DNA from: Chiloscyllium plagiosum
Lineage: Eukaryota
NCBI RefSeq assembly: GCF_004010195.1
Contig: NC_057718.1
Span: forward strand, 33,966,967 to 34,008,778
Direction of reading: 5' to 3'
DNA length: 41,812 nt
A model generated the notes under the pieces. The model had not been told where the DNA came from and ran no database searches. It worked only from the letters and a program-made list of their open reading frames with translations. Below are positions 23,100 through 35,297 of the stretch, piece by piece; positions within the stretch are counted from its first letter, which is position 1; every line of letters begins with the position of its first letter. The translations under genes were made by a program, and so were the position numbers.

Positions 23100-24010
23100 T
23101 GAACTTGTTTCCTGGTCCTTTGTCCTGATGTGGTTTTGAAACATATTCTACTTTTTGTTCCTTTCTGTTTACTAACTGTTGTATCTTTCGATCATGTAAT
23201 TTCAGGGTGAAAAGTCCAAGTTTCTTCCCTTTCTCCTCAATATAGTCCTTTTATTTGAGAGATCAGCCATCTGGTTTCTTTGTTCACTGCCTCTGTGCTT
23301 GAATGTCTCCTGGATATTTCAGTAGAGAGATTGGACCTGAAACACAATATACAGTCTAACCAGCTGAAAGTGCAAGTTCAATATAATTTCCTTTAAATTG
23401 TGCTCTCTTATGTTACCATTTAGTTTAGTGCTATTTGCCTGGTTGATTACTGCTCCACAATGATTGGTTGATTCTAGTAACCTGAAGATTCCTTTCATGG
23501 TGTTGTTTGCTAGTTTGGCACCATTTCATGGAGGGCTTATCCACATTAAGCGTATCTTCATTGTGATTTAGGATGCTGCCTTACTTTGTAGTACACAAGC
23601 TGTTTTGTAGGAATTAGCTGTCTTTCTCAGTTTAGATTCCCATACAGGATAAATCATTTTATATTGAATTGGTGATTTTAAGTTATTTATCTAAATTAAA
23701 AATTGTAGGTGTTCTAATGTCAAATTCTCACCAGGTACTTCTACCTCAGCGCCATTCCCCTAGCAATTTCCTATTGCTTCCGAACATTTTTCTTTAGCTA
23801 TTCAAAGTTTTACCCAGAATGCACATCAATTTAAGCTTAGGCTTTTATGTAATAATTTTAATTTTTTTGTAGAAATTAAAGAGCAGCACTTCAGGCTTTT
23901 CCACAGTCCACTATGTCACATACTTAGGGTAAACAGAATCAATTAGAGCAGGTTAGGCAGACCTTCCTCTACTAAATTTACAGTGACCGCTACTTACGAG
24001 GTTATTATCT
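23100..24010 (-). mobile_element. Ancient CR1-like LINE remnant
   Basis: Scattered decayed CR1 landmarks on the minus strand, e.g. gttaggcagaccttcctctactaaa (reverse of F..GRSCLT) and gggtgaaaagtccaagtttct (reverse of KLGLF). Confidence 0.5.
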
Positions 24011-25351
24011 CACAGGTATTCATGTAGTGAATGATTATAGTTTCAAGACTAGGAGATAAACATGGCGCCACTATATGTTAGCTTGCAACATATAACAGCT
24101 GCAAGCTAGTTAATACAAGGGCAATGCTACTCATTAATCACATTCATTATGTGTAATTATTGGTTTTGCCATGAATGGCAAAGTTTGAGATGGATGGTCT
24201 TACATTCCTTTCACTTGAAAACTATTTTAGAAAGGTTTAAAAAGGTATACTTCAGTTAGTGTTTGTGAAAGCCTTTTCAAGTTCTTTATCAAGTATACAT
24301 ATAATATCATTTATTCATTCATTCTAGGATATATCAGTATTACAAAAACAGTAGACATTGTTGTCTCCTCTTATCCAGTTTAATAGTTTCTTCTTTTGAA
24401 TTTTTAAGTTTCATTGCAGCTAATGTGCATTTAGTTTGAATAAGTGTCACTGATGGATTGACATTCATAAATGTTGTGAGTCCTTAAGAGAATACATATG
24501 GACATCAGTGTGGGGTTACTGCAGTTGTTTCATGTGATATTTAATATTTGCACATACTACACACTCCAGACACACACTTTTTTTGAGAACAAAATCATTT
24601 AGTGATGGTTCCTGGAGTTTCAGTAGTTTCAGAGATATTCAAATGTGCTGAAATAGAATGAAAGTTCAAATTTAATGCCTTTCCCTGAGGTGAGTTAGCA
24701 GATAACACCACCTTGTAGCTTCTCCTTGATTAAGTCAGGGGAAGTAGAAGCCTCACAGACAGCTTAGTCAGTTCCCATAAAGGGCCTCGACCTGCTGATG
24801 CTGGCTTTATTCTAGTGACAGGCAGGCATTTAGTACATGGGAAGTATACAAAGCAAACTTTGTCTTGGTTGTTGGTTCCTGGAGAAGTGGGGTTGGAGAT
24901 CCCTCATTGTCATGCACTCAGTGCCTGGTCGATGAACCTTTCTTCTGATAGCCTTACCCCTCAGTCTGCAACCCCCTCCTTGCAACCTTTGTCCTGACCT
25001 GTGGCCCAGGTCCCTTGTTGAATAATGAGTCTCTAATAAGTGCATTACTGGCTGATACCACTGTTTCCCTAATAGCACTGACAGCAGTGGTTAGCTGTTG
25101 GCCTCGGTTTGGTTGGCTGTGGGGGAGGGGAATTTCCATTATCAGGGTCCTTGATCCTTGATCCAAGATAAACCACACCATTGGCAACACTAATGGTAGC
25201 CTCTTTCCCAATTGGGGACAACACAGACTCTTGCCACCCTCCCCAAGTGGGTGAGTACTGACTTCATTTCTTGACTAAGTTCTGCTAATAGACATTGCAA
25301 AGTTACTAATAGTGAAATCCTAAAATGAAGCAAAAATTATCTTGATCCAGT

Positions 25352-25866
25352 TATAGAGTCATAGAAATGTACAGCATGGAAACAGACCCTTTGGTCCAAC
25401 CCGTCCATGCTGACCAGATATCCCAACCCAATCTAGTCCCACCTGCCAGCACTGGCCCATAACCCTCCAAACCCTTCCTATTCATATACCCATCCAAATG
25501 CCTCTTAAATGTTGCAATTGTACCAGCCTCCACCACTTCGTCTGGCAGCTCATTCCATACGTATACCAGCCTCTGTGTGAAAAAGTTGCCCCTTAGGTCT
25601 CTTTTATATCTTTCCCCTCTCACCCTAAACCTATGCTCTCAGTTCTGGACCCCCCGACCCCAGGGAAAAGACTTTGCCTATTTACTCTATCCATGCCCCT
25701 CATAATTTTGTAAACCTCTATATGGTCACCCCTCAGCCTCCGACGCTCCAGGGAAAACAGCCCCATCCTGTTCAGCCTCTCCCTATAGGTCAAATCCTCC
25801 AACCTTGGCAACATCCTTGTAAATCTTTTCTGAACCCTTTCAAGTTTCACAACGTCTTTCCGATAA
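25352..25866 (-). mobile_element. CR1 3' end, well-preserved subfamily
   Basis: YRKDVVKLERVQKRFTRMLP...RGERYKRDLRGNFFTQR...; tail ctatgactcta. Confidence 0.93.
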
Positions 25867-26013
25867 CTATTCATTAAGTGACTCTTTCAGTTTGTATGGA
25901 TAGTAGTAGGGCCTGACTGTGTCTCAGTAATCAGTATCATGTCACAAAATACTGAGTAGTGTACGTTAAGTATCTCATTCTGCTGATTAGAACTTTTTAT
26001 TAACGATTGGTCT

Positions 26014-26250
26014 TTAGATTCCCCACAGTGTGGAAACAGGCCCTTCGGCCCAACAAGTGCACACCGACCCTCCGAAGAGTAACCCACCCAGTCCCATTTC
26101 CCTCTGGCTAATGTACCTAACACCAAGGGCAATTTAGCATGGTCAACTCACCTGACCTGCACATCTTTGGACCGTGGGAGGAAACCCACGCAGACTCGGG
26201 GAGAATGTGCAAACTCCACACAGACAGTCCCACGAGGCTGGCTTCGAACT
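26014..26250 (-). mobile_element. HE1-type V-SINE, 5'-truncated
   Basis: Tail and V core present; breaks off at the B box, tRNA head missing. Confidence 0.88.
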
Positions 26251-28384
26251 GCATAGCTGTTGAGAGAGAACATTGTTCTGTTTTTGTTAACTGCTGAGTC
26301 AAGAAGTCAACTGGAAGAGAACGTAAGCAGATTGCAAATGCAGACATTTTAAGCACTTATAAATTTTATAAGAAAATATCATTTGAGATGAGGCAGCTGG
26401 ACCAACCAAGTCCAAAATGTCCACAGCCTTTCACTCGTAATTAAACCATGGATTCCTTCTCACCAATTTTAATTATCTTGGAAATGTAACAAAATACTAA
26501 TTTGTCCTCACATCTTCATTATTTAAAACTTACTACTCCATACCAAGGTAGTCTAAAGTTTTTGTAATATAGATATGTCCCAAAGATTCACCGTTCAAAC
26601 TTCCCTCGGCATGTATTACAAGGATTTCCTGAAGGACATGTGCAAGGTGCGGATCCAACCAGTGAGATGTATTTGGGGCAAAATGAAGAAATTGTTGTTG
26701 GAGATGGAGGGGACCAGATTACATTGCCTTGTCAGTAAATACCTTGAAGGAGACATAGTCTCATTGCTTTAAATTTATCCAATACATTATATTTCCCAGT
26801 TCCTTTCAGAGAACTTCCACCCTTAGGCTCAGTATGGATTGGAAGCTTTCTCATATTATGTAAGTGAAGCAGACTTCATAAATCAAGCTGGGACAATAAA
26901 CTAATGTTGATGTCACACTGCCCAACTTATGCCTGAAAACAAAATGGAAATTCTTCTGATGCGGATTTGCATCAGTAATACATGTGTGTTTCCTCCATTA
27001 TCTGAGAGGATCTAGGTAACTCTTTCAATCCCATCATTCAGTGACATGTCAAGTCAATATTGCAGCAATAAGATTGAACTTCTCAGGATTCGATACTTTG
27101 CTGCATGAGTTGTGCAAAGATCTAGTAAAACAAGAAATCACCATCTCTGTATTTGATTTGTTTGCAAAATAATGTAACCAAAATTCTACTAAAGATCCAT
27201 TTTTTAAAATATTACATGGAATTATCTTCAGTGCGTGTTTTTCTTTGCCTCACATAGAGTCCATCATTTAATTCTGTTCAATAAAATTTTTGAAATGCTG
27301 GTCAAGAGTTGTGCTCATGAAGCATTAGACTTAGTGTACACGTGTTGTATGAACTAGTAGTTCATTTTCTCCCATCTTAACATTTAAATTAAGTTGCCCA
27401 TTATTGTATTGAGTTTACTAACTGTACTACTACGTGCTTTTAGTTCACAGTGATCATTTATTGTAGAAAGAAGTGTGTTCCACCTACAACAGGGTGTTTT
27501 CTTTCTTGACTGTGAAACACAGTGATGCAATGTTATGTGTTTATCTACACAGCTGGTGGGAAAGCCCTCGTACAAGAATTTCAATAAAACCATTTAAAAC
27601 TCACCCATGTTGTATTCCAGTAAATGCAATATAAACTAGTTTTCAGTTTTTGTTCTCCGTTTTAGGATTTTTTTAAAATTTGCATTGGTTTTAAAAAAAA
27701 AAGATAATGGATGAGAAAGGAGAAAAGCCCAGTTTATACTTTGAGATATTTATTGATATTGACAAAAAGGAAAATGTGTGGGTGCATTTTTTCCTCTGCT
27801 TATTAAAGAAGAAACAAGTTGATAAGTAACAAATAGTTAAAGGACTAATGGCAGTGCCATTGCCTTATGCTGTGTAAGATAGGAGTAGTGTTTGATGGAC
27901 TGAAAACAATTGGTTTGTTTTAAACAGCTTATATATCCTTCCTTCTACAACTGTTGCATGCCACATGCTACATGAATATAAGCACTGTCTTGAAAAATGA
28001 TACTTTCGATTTCCTGTGGTGTTTTCAGGAGCACAACACCTTTAGGGTGACTGTTTATTCCATGAGGAAACATCTGATCTCTGCTCAGTATTTTCTGGTA
28101 ATACACACAAATCAGGAACACAGCATTTGAAAAAATTGCTGGTGAGAACCTGTATCCCATCATTGAAGTGTTCATACTGTAGTGAAAAGTATACCATAGT
28201 ATCTAAAAATACCATTTAAAAAAAAAACAAGTATAAATTTAATCAGTTGGGATTTGTCACTACCATTTCCGGCTCATTATTTTGTTAAATATCTTTTATC
28301 TCCTTAAGTATAATTCTACTGACCACTAACTCAGAAAAAAACTCATTACTTGGTAAAAGTTATTGAAATACATTGCTTTCCTAG

Positions 28385-28592
28385 AAGCCTTCACAGGATA
28401 TAATTGGAGAACTTGCAACTAGAGGGCATAGATTCAGGACAAGAGGTTGACTAGGTCTAAATTGAAGAGAATTTTCTTCAGACGGTTGTGAATATTTGGA
28501 ATTCTTTATGCCAGAATGCTCTGAATGCTTTGCCATGCTATGTTTAAGCCGAAGATCGATAGATTTTTGGATTCTAAGGGAATCAAGTTTGG
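28385..28592 (+). mobile_element. Decayed CR1 3' end
   Basis: actagagggcatagattcagg (TRGHRF), gttgtgaatatttggaattct (VVNIWNS), gatcgatagatttttg. Confidence 0.7.
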
Positions 28593-29029
28593 ATAAGTTT
28601 AGTTTTACACATTTCCTTCCTCCCCCACTGGAACAACTGCACTAAGTTCGATGTTGAAATTGAGTTATCAAGATATTGTCTTTCTGCCACTCAAATAATG
28701 CAAAACATAAGAACATGTTTCCTGAATTAATTTTATTTTAACAGCAGCTAAATGGAACTCTTGCCATTTGGTGTTATAGTAAAGAAGCTTTTTCTTGGTG
28801 TTATATTTCCCTGCTTGTGCTGTCTACTGTGCCAGTTGTTAGAATTTTTCATACAATTTTACAAGTCAATGCATAGCAGTAATGGGGCTTAGGACTGAAC
28901 ATTGAAGATTCAAGTGTATTCTTAATCAAGTACAAATTATGTGACTCTATTTATCTTAGTAGTTTCTTCTGCAACCTTTCTGTCATTGAAATTTTCCAAA
29001 AAAAGACACCATTTCAGCGCCAATTTTGT

Positions 29030-29268
29030 ATGTTGGAAGTTGAATTCAGTAAGTCTGGGATTAAGAGTCTAAAAATGACCATGAAACCATTGCTGATTGT
29101 CAGAAAACCATCTGTTTCAGTCATGTTCTTTAGCGAAGGAGATCTGCCATCCTTACCTGGTCTGGCCTACATGTGACTTCAAAACCCCAGCAATGTGGTT
29201 GACTCTTAACTGGGCAATTAGGGATGGGCAATAAGTACAGACCTGGCCTGTGATATCCACATACCTTA
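29030..29268 (+). mobile_element. Old SINE-like repeat sharing its 3' tail with the 430-1230 LINE family
   Basis: gaaggagatctgccatccttacctggtctggcctacatgtgact...gcaatgtggttgactcttaac...gggcaattagggatgggcaataa; the tail resembles 14432-14490. Family name uncertain. Confidence 0.6.
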
Positions 29269-29360
29269 AATAATTTTTAATAATTCATCATTAGATATTT
29301 GTAAAGTTTTGCAATTAAATGTATTTTTATAATTTTATTCCTCCTTAACCCATCATGCAG

Positions 29361-29527
29361 ATATTTCATTTTCTGCCATTAATCCATCCCGGGCTATGGA
29401 TCTTGGCCTTGGTGTGCTGTGTGAACTATTACAGATCTGGAATCAAACTTCCCTTGGAATCGTAACCCTAATAGAATGGATGCTGGGAGAAGATAATATG
29501 GAAGGAGATGCAACAAATGACAATGTG
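29361..29527 (+). CDS. THADA: THADA penultimate coding exon (167 bp, phase 1 in, phase 0 out)
   Basis: Pyrimidine tract then ...catgcAG|ATATTTCA and donor GTG|gtacgt. Translates (x)ISFSAINPSRAMDLGLGVLCELLQIWNQTSLGIVTLIEWMLGEDNMEGDATNDNV, resembling the recalled human THADA segment FAFCQVDASIALALALAVLCDLLQQWDQLAPGLPILLGWLLGE. Splices in frame to the exon at 32492. Confidence 0.9.
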
Positions 29528-31244
29528 GTACGTTTATAAGGAATAAAAGTTTTGTTTAGAAAGCTTGCCAAATGTATAACCCTCTTCTTCCACCACCCAT
29601 ACTTTAACACATGATTTTTGCTTTTCTTTTTGACTACATTCTAAGAAAGGTGCTGACACATCTGTGGTTGAATCAGTGAGCACCAATCACTACCCTCTTT
29701 ACATAACCAGCTATTTGTTATTTTATAAGTAAAAGGAGATGTGAACACAGGAGCTACTGAGAAAATATTGCGACCAAGTCTAACATTGCTGAAACCCAAT
29801 ATCTGACAATACACTTTTTCATTTGGGGTTGGAGGAGCACCTGTGACACTGAAAGTGGAGGGAGCTATAAGAGAGAGTAGTCAATAAACTCTGGACACAG
29901 AGGCAAGGTTACTTGGCTTTGTATCTTACTGACTGGCTTAGATCCACATTGACAAAATATAGTACTCCAAATTATAACACAGAACTGCAAAGAGAAAGGA
30001 GGGTCGGGTTTGCAGATGGAAATGTTGGAAGTAAGGGTTACCTGTGACGTCTCCTCAACTATAGGGCCTGATTTAAAATGCCTCAACAGTTTTCTTGTCC
30101 AGCCACCATGTAGCTCCATTTAGTAATTGCGGAGCTAGAGAGCAACTAGGAAACAAAATGCAAGTAGATTTGGCATGGTGTAGAGTTGAGGTTGGGAACT
30201 AGTTATGAATGTGGGTTGGCAGTATGGTGGAATAACAAAACTTTCAGGGGTTGTTGGGGAAGGATGCTTGAAAATCAGCTTGGCAGAATTGGAGCAGAGA
30301 AAGCGTGCAATAAAGGCACTTCGTTCATGGATCTGTGCCTCTCTGTTGGAGGCCATTGATTCAATTTAGTTTCAGATGCCTGTCTATGCTTACCCATGTC
30401 TAATTCAATTCATCACTGCTTCCATGACGTATCTGGTAATTGGAATCTCAGTGATGTTAACTAAATTTTCTGCTGCTCCAACCCACAAGCTCCACTTCCA
30501 TTCTAAATTAGTGTCCACAGTTCACTGCTTTTATGCAGACAAAAGCTAAAGCCCAATATGGGCAAAAATATCTTCTTCAAGCTCTGCTTCCCCATGTTCC
30601 AAGAGACTAGCCTGCAGAATTTAGAAATAAAATCATAATTAAAACTTAGGTAGTCACTGATTTTACCCACAGAAGAAGGAATCTCCCAACAAGTTGTGGC
30701 TGTGTGGGTAGATTTGGGCAAAGGTGAAGGGGTGGTGGCTCTTTCCCTGGTCCTCTGTGCCCATTACAAACATCCTGCCGTGAGATCACCCCTCATCCAG
30801 GATCACTCATCGTTTAGCCTCCCTGCTGCACGTGCACACACCCTCACCCCTTTTTACATGGATGAACAGTTAAAGAGCTGCTATCTGATAAATCAGCAGC
30901 TCTAATTGGCCAGACTTTCTCTCCCAGAGGGGCAGAATTCAGGCCTTACCCTTCTAACTGCCAGCTGACTATTAAATGACAACAAAGCAGCTGTTATTCC
31001 CATGAGCAGGTCCATCATGAACCTTTTAACCCAGTGTATTCTACTTTTAGCTTGTTTATCTTTTCCCTTTGCTGAAGAGAAACGGGCTTTTTAAAGGTTT
31101 TTCATTTTATATCCATTTTATTTTAATCTTCTGCAGTCCATCTTGACACCTAATTTAATCTCACCTGTGCTGTGTGTGCTATAAATATTTGGAAGAAAAG
31201 CTTAAGCACAAGTACTAACATTCGACTGACTGTATTTACAAGAA

Positions 31245-31848
31245 TCTCAGAACCATAGAGTCACAGAGATGTACAGACCTTTCAATCCAACTCGACTGCA
31301 CCAAACAGATATCCTAAACTGTATCTAGTCCCATTTGTCAGCATTTGGCCCATATCTTTCTAAACCCTTTCTGTTCATGTACCGATCCATATGCCTTTTA
31401 AATGTTGTATTGTACCACTACTACCACCTCCTCTGGCAGCTGGTTCCATTTGTGTATCACCCTCTGTGTGAAAATGTTGCACCTCGCATCCCTTTCAAAT
31501 ATTTCCCCTCTCACCTTAAAACTATACCTTTTGGTTTTGGTCCCCTCTAACCTGGGAAAGGACCTTGGCTACTCACCCTATTCATACCCCTCATGATATT
31601 TTATAAACCTCTATAAGGTCACCCCTTGGCCTCTGATGCTCCAGGGAAAACAGCCCCAGCCTATTCAGCATCTCCGTATAGCTCAACCTTCCAATCCCAG
31701 GTGCATCCTTGTAAATCTTTTCTGAACCCTTTCAAGTTTAACAACATTTTTCGTCCAGCAGGAGACCAGAATTGAATGCAGTATTCTGAAAGTGACTTCA
31801 CCAATGTCCTGTACAGCCACAACATGATGTCCCAACTCCTATACCAGT
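31245..31848 (-). mobile_element. CR1 3' end within the last THADA intron
   Basis: Clearly homologous to 25352-25866 (ccaccacctcctctggcagc, ctccagggaaaacagcccc, gtaaatcttttctgaaccctttcaagttt). Confidence 0.92.
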
Positions 31849-31993
31849 AGCCTACTATTCATTTGTTTATAAGCTAATAATGGCTACTGAAATTGCCTTC
31901 CTTTGCTGTCAAATATAAAGGCATGCTCAACATCTAGACCCACTCACTATTGTGTAAATATTCCCCTAGAGAATGTAGGGACTGCAGAATTAT

Positions 31994-32009
31994 CACTACC
32001 CTCTGCTGG
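31994..32009 (-). promoter_or_regulatory. Candidate CTCF site
   Basis: Minus strand CCAGCAGAGGGTAGTG, one mismatch to the CCASYAGRKGGCRS core; lies in non-repeat intronic DNA. Motif match only. Confidence 0.4.
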
Positions 32010-32261
32010 TTTAATTCTTGGAATTCAGGCCTGCTGTAAGCATAGCAACATTCTGCATTTGTTTTAAAACTGTACATTGTTGCAGGGTATTTCTAACTGT
32101 AGTGGCGGAGTTGATACATTAACAAAACAATACTGCCTGCTCAGTTCCTTTTTATTTGAAAAATATAAACTTTTGTTACACTTTATAAACTAGGAACTAG
32201 TACAAGGCTTATCAGAATTGATTTATCATCAGGATCATAAGGATTTATCATCAGCATTTGT

Positions 32262-32385
32262 TCAGAATCTTGAAACTCCCTACCTAATGCATTGTGCAAA
32301 TACCTTCGCCCACTGATTTCAGTGGCTCAGGAAAGTGGTTCACCATCACCTTCTCAAGGACAAGGATTGACACTAAATTGCCAGT
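32262..32385 (+). mobile_element. Decayed tail of the 430-1230 LINE family
   Basis: gaaactccctacctaat...ttcagtggctcaggaaagtggttcaccatcaccttctcaagg. Confidence 0.55.
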
Positions 32386-32491
32386 GATAATGACTATTAA
32401 CAAATAAAAATGTATTATAGATTTAGTTTTAAATGCCAAATTTTCAGATTATGTTTCCTTTGCTGACTGAATATATTTCCTTTATTTTTAG

Positions 32492-32821
32492 GAAAATTAT
32501 GACATGCTTTTTGATAAAGGTGAATTTAACCTTTGGGCAGAAAAGATTATATTTGCCAATTTACTCCAGAAGCATCTTTTAAACCTCATCTCCGAGTCTC
32601 ACGTGGTTCCAGGCGATGAATCAGGACTCTGCCGGTTAACAACGATGGCTGCCAATCAAGCCCAGCGTGTAGCAGGGCTCTTAAAGGGCCTACCACCTGC
32701 ACCAGAATTTTCTAGAACAGCAGACTACACAAGGCTAAGCATTCAAAAAGTGAGGCTTTTGAATGTAGCTGAGCTACTGAGCCTGTTTGGATTGGGTGCT
32801 GTTATTACAGGACATTTCTGA
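32492..32821 (+). CDS. THADA: THADA terminal coding exon
   Basis: Branch-like CTGAC near 32463, acceptor tttttAG|GAA AAT TAT GAC ATG. Translates ENYDMLFDKGEFNLWAEKIIFANLLQKHL...LPPAPEFSRTADYTRLSIQKVRLL...GHF*, matching the recalled THADA C-terminus (DYLFEKAEVNFWAETLIFVKYLCKHL...LPPAAEFVKTVEFTRLRIQEERTL). Stop TGA at 32819-32821. Confidence 0.93.
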   Translation, partial: ENYDMLFDKGEFNLWAEKIIFANLLQKHLLNLISESHVVPGDESGLCRLTTMAANQAQRVAGLLKGLPPAPEFSRTADYTRLSIQKVRLLNVAELLSLFGLGAVITGHF

Positions 32822-33164
32822 AGTGAATGATCTGATTATTTGACTTGGCCAGAAACTGAGGAAAAACAGATCAACTGAAGCAAACTCTTGACAAAGAGAG
32901 GCTTGTTGGGACTTGAAAAGGCTGTATCCTATAGATGTGTGTGTCTTACCGCAAGAAGATTTTTGTGCCAACAGTAATTACATGACAGCTATTTCCTCAT
33001 TTCACTGTTGAACACTGGATTGTGTTGGCAACAAAAATGAACTTTTGTTCATGTCTAAGTATGGTAGTGCGCACACCTGTAATTTAGAATTATACATTAT
33101 AACTAGGACAAGGGAAAAGTATGGATCATTAATCATTCAAGTGTTCTATGTTATATTTTAATCA

Positions 33165-33170
33165 AATAAA
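33165..33170 (+). promoter_or_regulatory. Candidate THADA polyadenylation signal AATAAA
   Basis: AATAAA about 345 nt after the stop codon, followed by T/GT-rich sequence (tttttaatttataggtgtgtttc). Confidence 0.55.
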
Positions 33171-33646
33171 TTGAAATGTAATTTTTAATTTATAGGTGTG
33201 TTTCTCAATTTTGAAAAGATTTGATAGCCAGATGTAGAAAAACGGCATTGAGGATTTATATCTTTTCTCATCGAAACATCAGACACCTCTAACACATCCT
33301 ACATCCAAGTCAGAGCCAACCCAAGTTTAAAAAGAAATTATCTTGCAGTGTGATTTATTAACCAGAACTTTCCTTGAAGTAAAAGAACGACAGTTTCATT
33401 TTATTTCCCACAAATCCGGAAGTGAGATTCCCACTTCTCAAAATCGCAGATTGAATGCATCTAACTATCAAATTAGCATAATTGCCTATTTGTAAGTCAA
33501 TCCCAGTTTGAATAATGTTCTGGAAAGTGTATTTAAGTCTGCTTTTATTCCTTTTGTCTTTATTTCGCTAATTTTATGTTCCTTTCTGAACTATATTAAT
33601 CACACTTGATTTCTTTCACTTCTTTTAGCTCCATCCTCCTACCTCT

Positions 33647-33964
33647 GGTCCCTGGGGTCAGGGAGTCCAGAACTAGAGGGCGTAGGTTTAGGGTGAGAGG
33701 GGAAAGATATAAAAGAGACCTAAGGGGCAACTTTTTCACGCAGAGGGTGGTACATGTATGGAATGAGCTGCCAGAGGAAGTGGTGGAGGCTGGTACAATT
33801 GCGACATTTAGGAGGCATTTGGATGGGTATATGAATAGGAAGGGTTTGGAGGGATATGGGCCGGGTGCTGGCAGGTGGGACTAGATTGGGTTGGCGATAT
33901 CTGGTCGGCATGGACAGGTTGGACCGAAGGGTCTGTTTCCATACTGTACATCTCTATGACTCTG
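33647..33964 (+). mobile_element. Short CR1 3' end, same subfamily as 25352-25866
   Basis: RTRGRRFRVRGERYKRDLRGNFFTQRVVHVWNELPEEVVEAG; tail ctctatgactct. Confidence 0.93.
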
Positions 33965-34845
33965 CTACTCATCTTTTATTTTTAAATTGCATAATGTGTA
34001 ACTCTGTACTTAACTGAGTCAAGGAGAGAAATCCCCAAGTTTGGTGGGTATTTCACTCACTCGCTTGAAAAACATGTTAAGACGCCTGTGTTGCCGTTCA
34101 AGATGAAAGCCCGCTCAATATTTTGCCAGTCAAGTAGTTTTAGGCCACCAGTGAGCTTTTGTCACAAATCAGGTACCCCAGAGCCAGAGGTCTGTCCAAA
34201 CAGCTTAGGCTGACAATCCTTGTGTAAAAGCTGTGACTGCTGCGAGCATCACAATTTCAGAGACCAAGGTTCCAGGCCAAAGGCGGTGGTCTGTGCAGTA
34301 TGGGGGAAAGTGGTTGGTGGACACAGAGGGTTAGAAGCAAGGAACAGGGTGGATCTTGGTGGTCAACTCCTGCCCTATGTAAAGGGCCTTGAACAGGCAG
34401 CTAGGTGATCAAGACCCAAAACCTCTGAAGCTGACAAGCAGCAATCTGACTATCATCCTTCTCCCTCCAGGAGAAACAATTGTCAGAAGCTCACTTACAA
34501 ATGACCAGTTGTTGACGAGTTAAGGCCTCAATTAACAGTGAGCCAGGAAGGTTAGTCACAACGTTCCTGTCCAGAATATAATTTGGTTACAAGTGGAATG
34601 GTGATGGATTTCTGTAATGCCTCCTCCCTCACCTCCTTTGGGACCAGAAGAATCTGCCCATGGGGTTGATCCTTTATGAAGTATGTAAGGAAGCAAAATG
34701 CAATCATACTGACCAGACGGACTTTAACATTCTAGTTACTGAACAGCAGAGTGACTGTAATCACATGCACAGACGTCTGCTATCAGGTAAAACAAAAAGT
34801 AGCCAATGAATGTTTTGAAGTTTAAAATTCAGATAGTTGGAGATC

Positions 34846-34857
34846 CAAGATGGCGGC
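34846..34857 (+). promoter_or_regulatory. YY1 motif at L1 5' end (internal promoter)
   Basis: CAAGATGGCGGC begins at nt 8 of the element, comparable in position to the YY1 site of human L1. Confidence 0.7.
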
Positions 34858-34901
34858 GGTCTGAGTGGTCTTCTGTGCTGAGCTCTGTGCCATACCTCTG
34901 T

Positions 34902-35209
34902 GGGCAGCATGGTGGCAAGTGGTTAGCACTGCTGCCTCACAGCGCCTGAGACCCGGGTTCAATTCCCGCCTCAGGCGACTGACTGTGTGGAGTTTGCACG
35001 TTCTCCCCGTGTCTGCATGGGTTTCCTCCGGGTGCTCTGGTTTCCTCCCACAGTCCAAAGTTGTGCAGGTCAGGTGAATTGGCCATGCTAAATTACCCAT
35101 AGTGTTAGGTAAGAGGTAAATGTAGGGGTATGGGTGGGTTGCGCTTCGGCAGGTCGGTGTGGACTTGTTGGGCTGAAGGGCCTGTTTCCACGCTGTAATG
35201 TAATCTAAT
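34902..35209 (+). mobile_element. HE1-type V-SINE nested in the L1 5' UTR
   Basis: A-box-like tggcaagtgg, B box ggttcaattcc, V core, tail tgtaatgtaatctaat. Confidence 0.92.
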
Positions 35210-35297
35210 ACCCCCCAACACCTTGCGAACCACCCCTCGGAGAAAAATTGATAATATAGAGTTGCTAAAACTGTGATTTGACAGCTCTAAGAGCAGG

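Noticed and set aside
26810..26859. Possible 50-nt cassette exon (ctttcAG ... AT|gtaagt)
   Set aside because: No similarity to THADA in any frame; such splice-site pairs arise by chance in long introns and there is no transcript evidence.
34025..34662. GC-richer block that may be an old non-autonomous DNA transposon (similar impressions at about 24670-25260 and 30690-31030)
   Set aside because: I could not demonstrate TIRs, TSDs or clear homology by eye.
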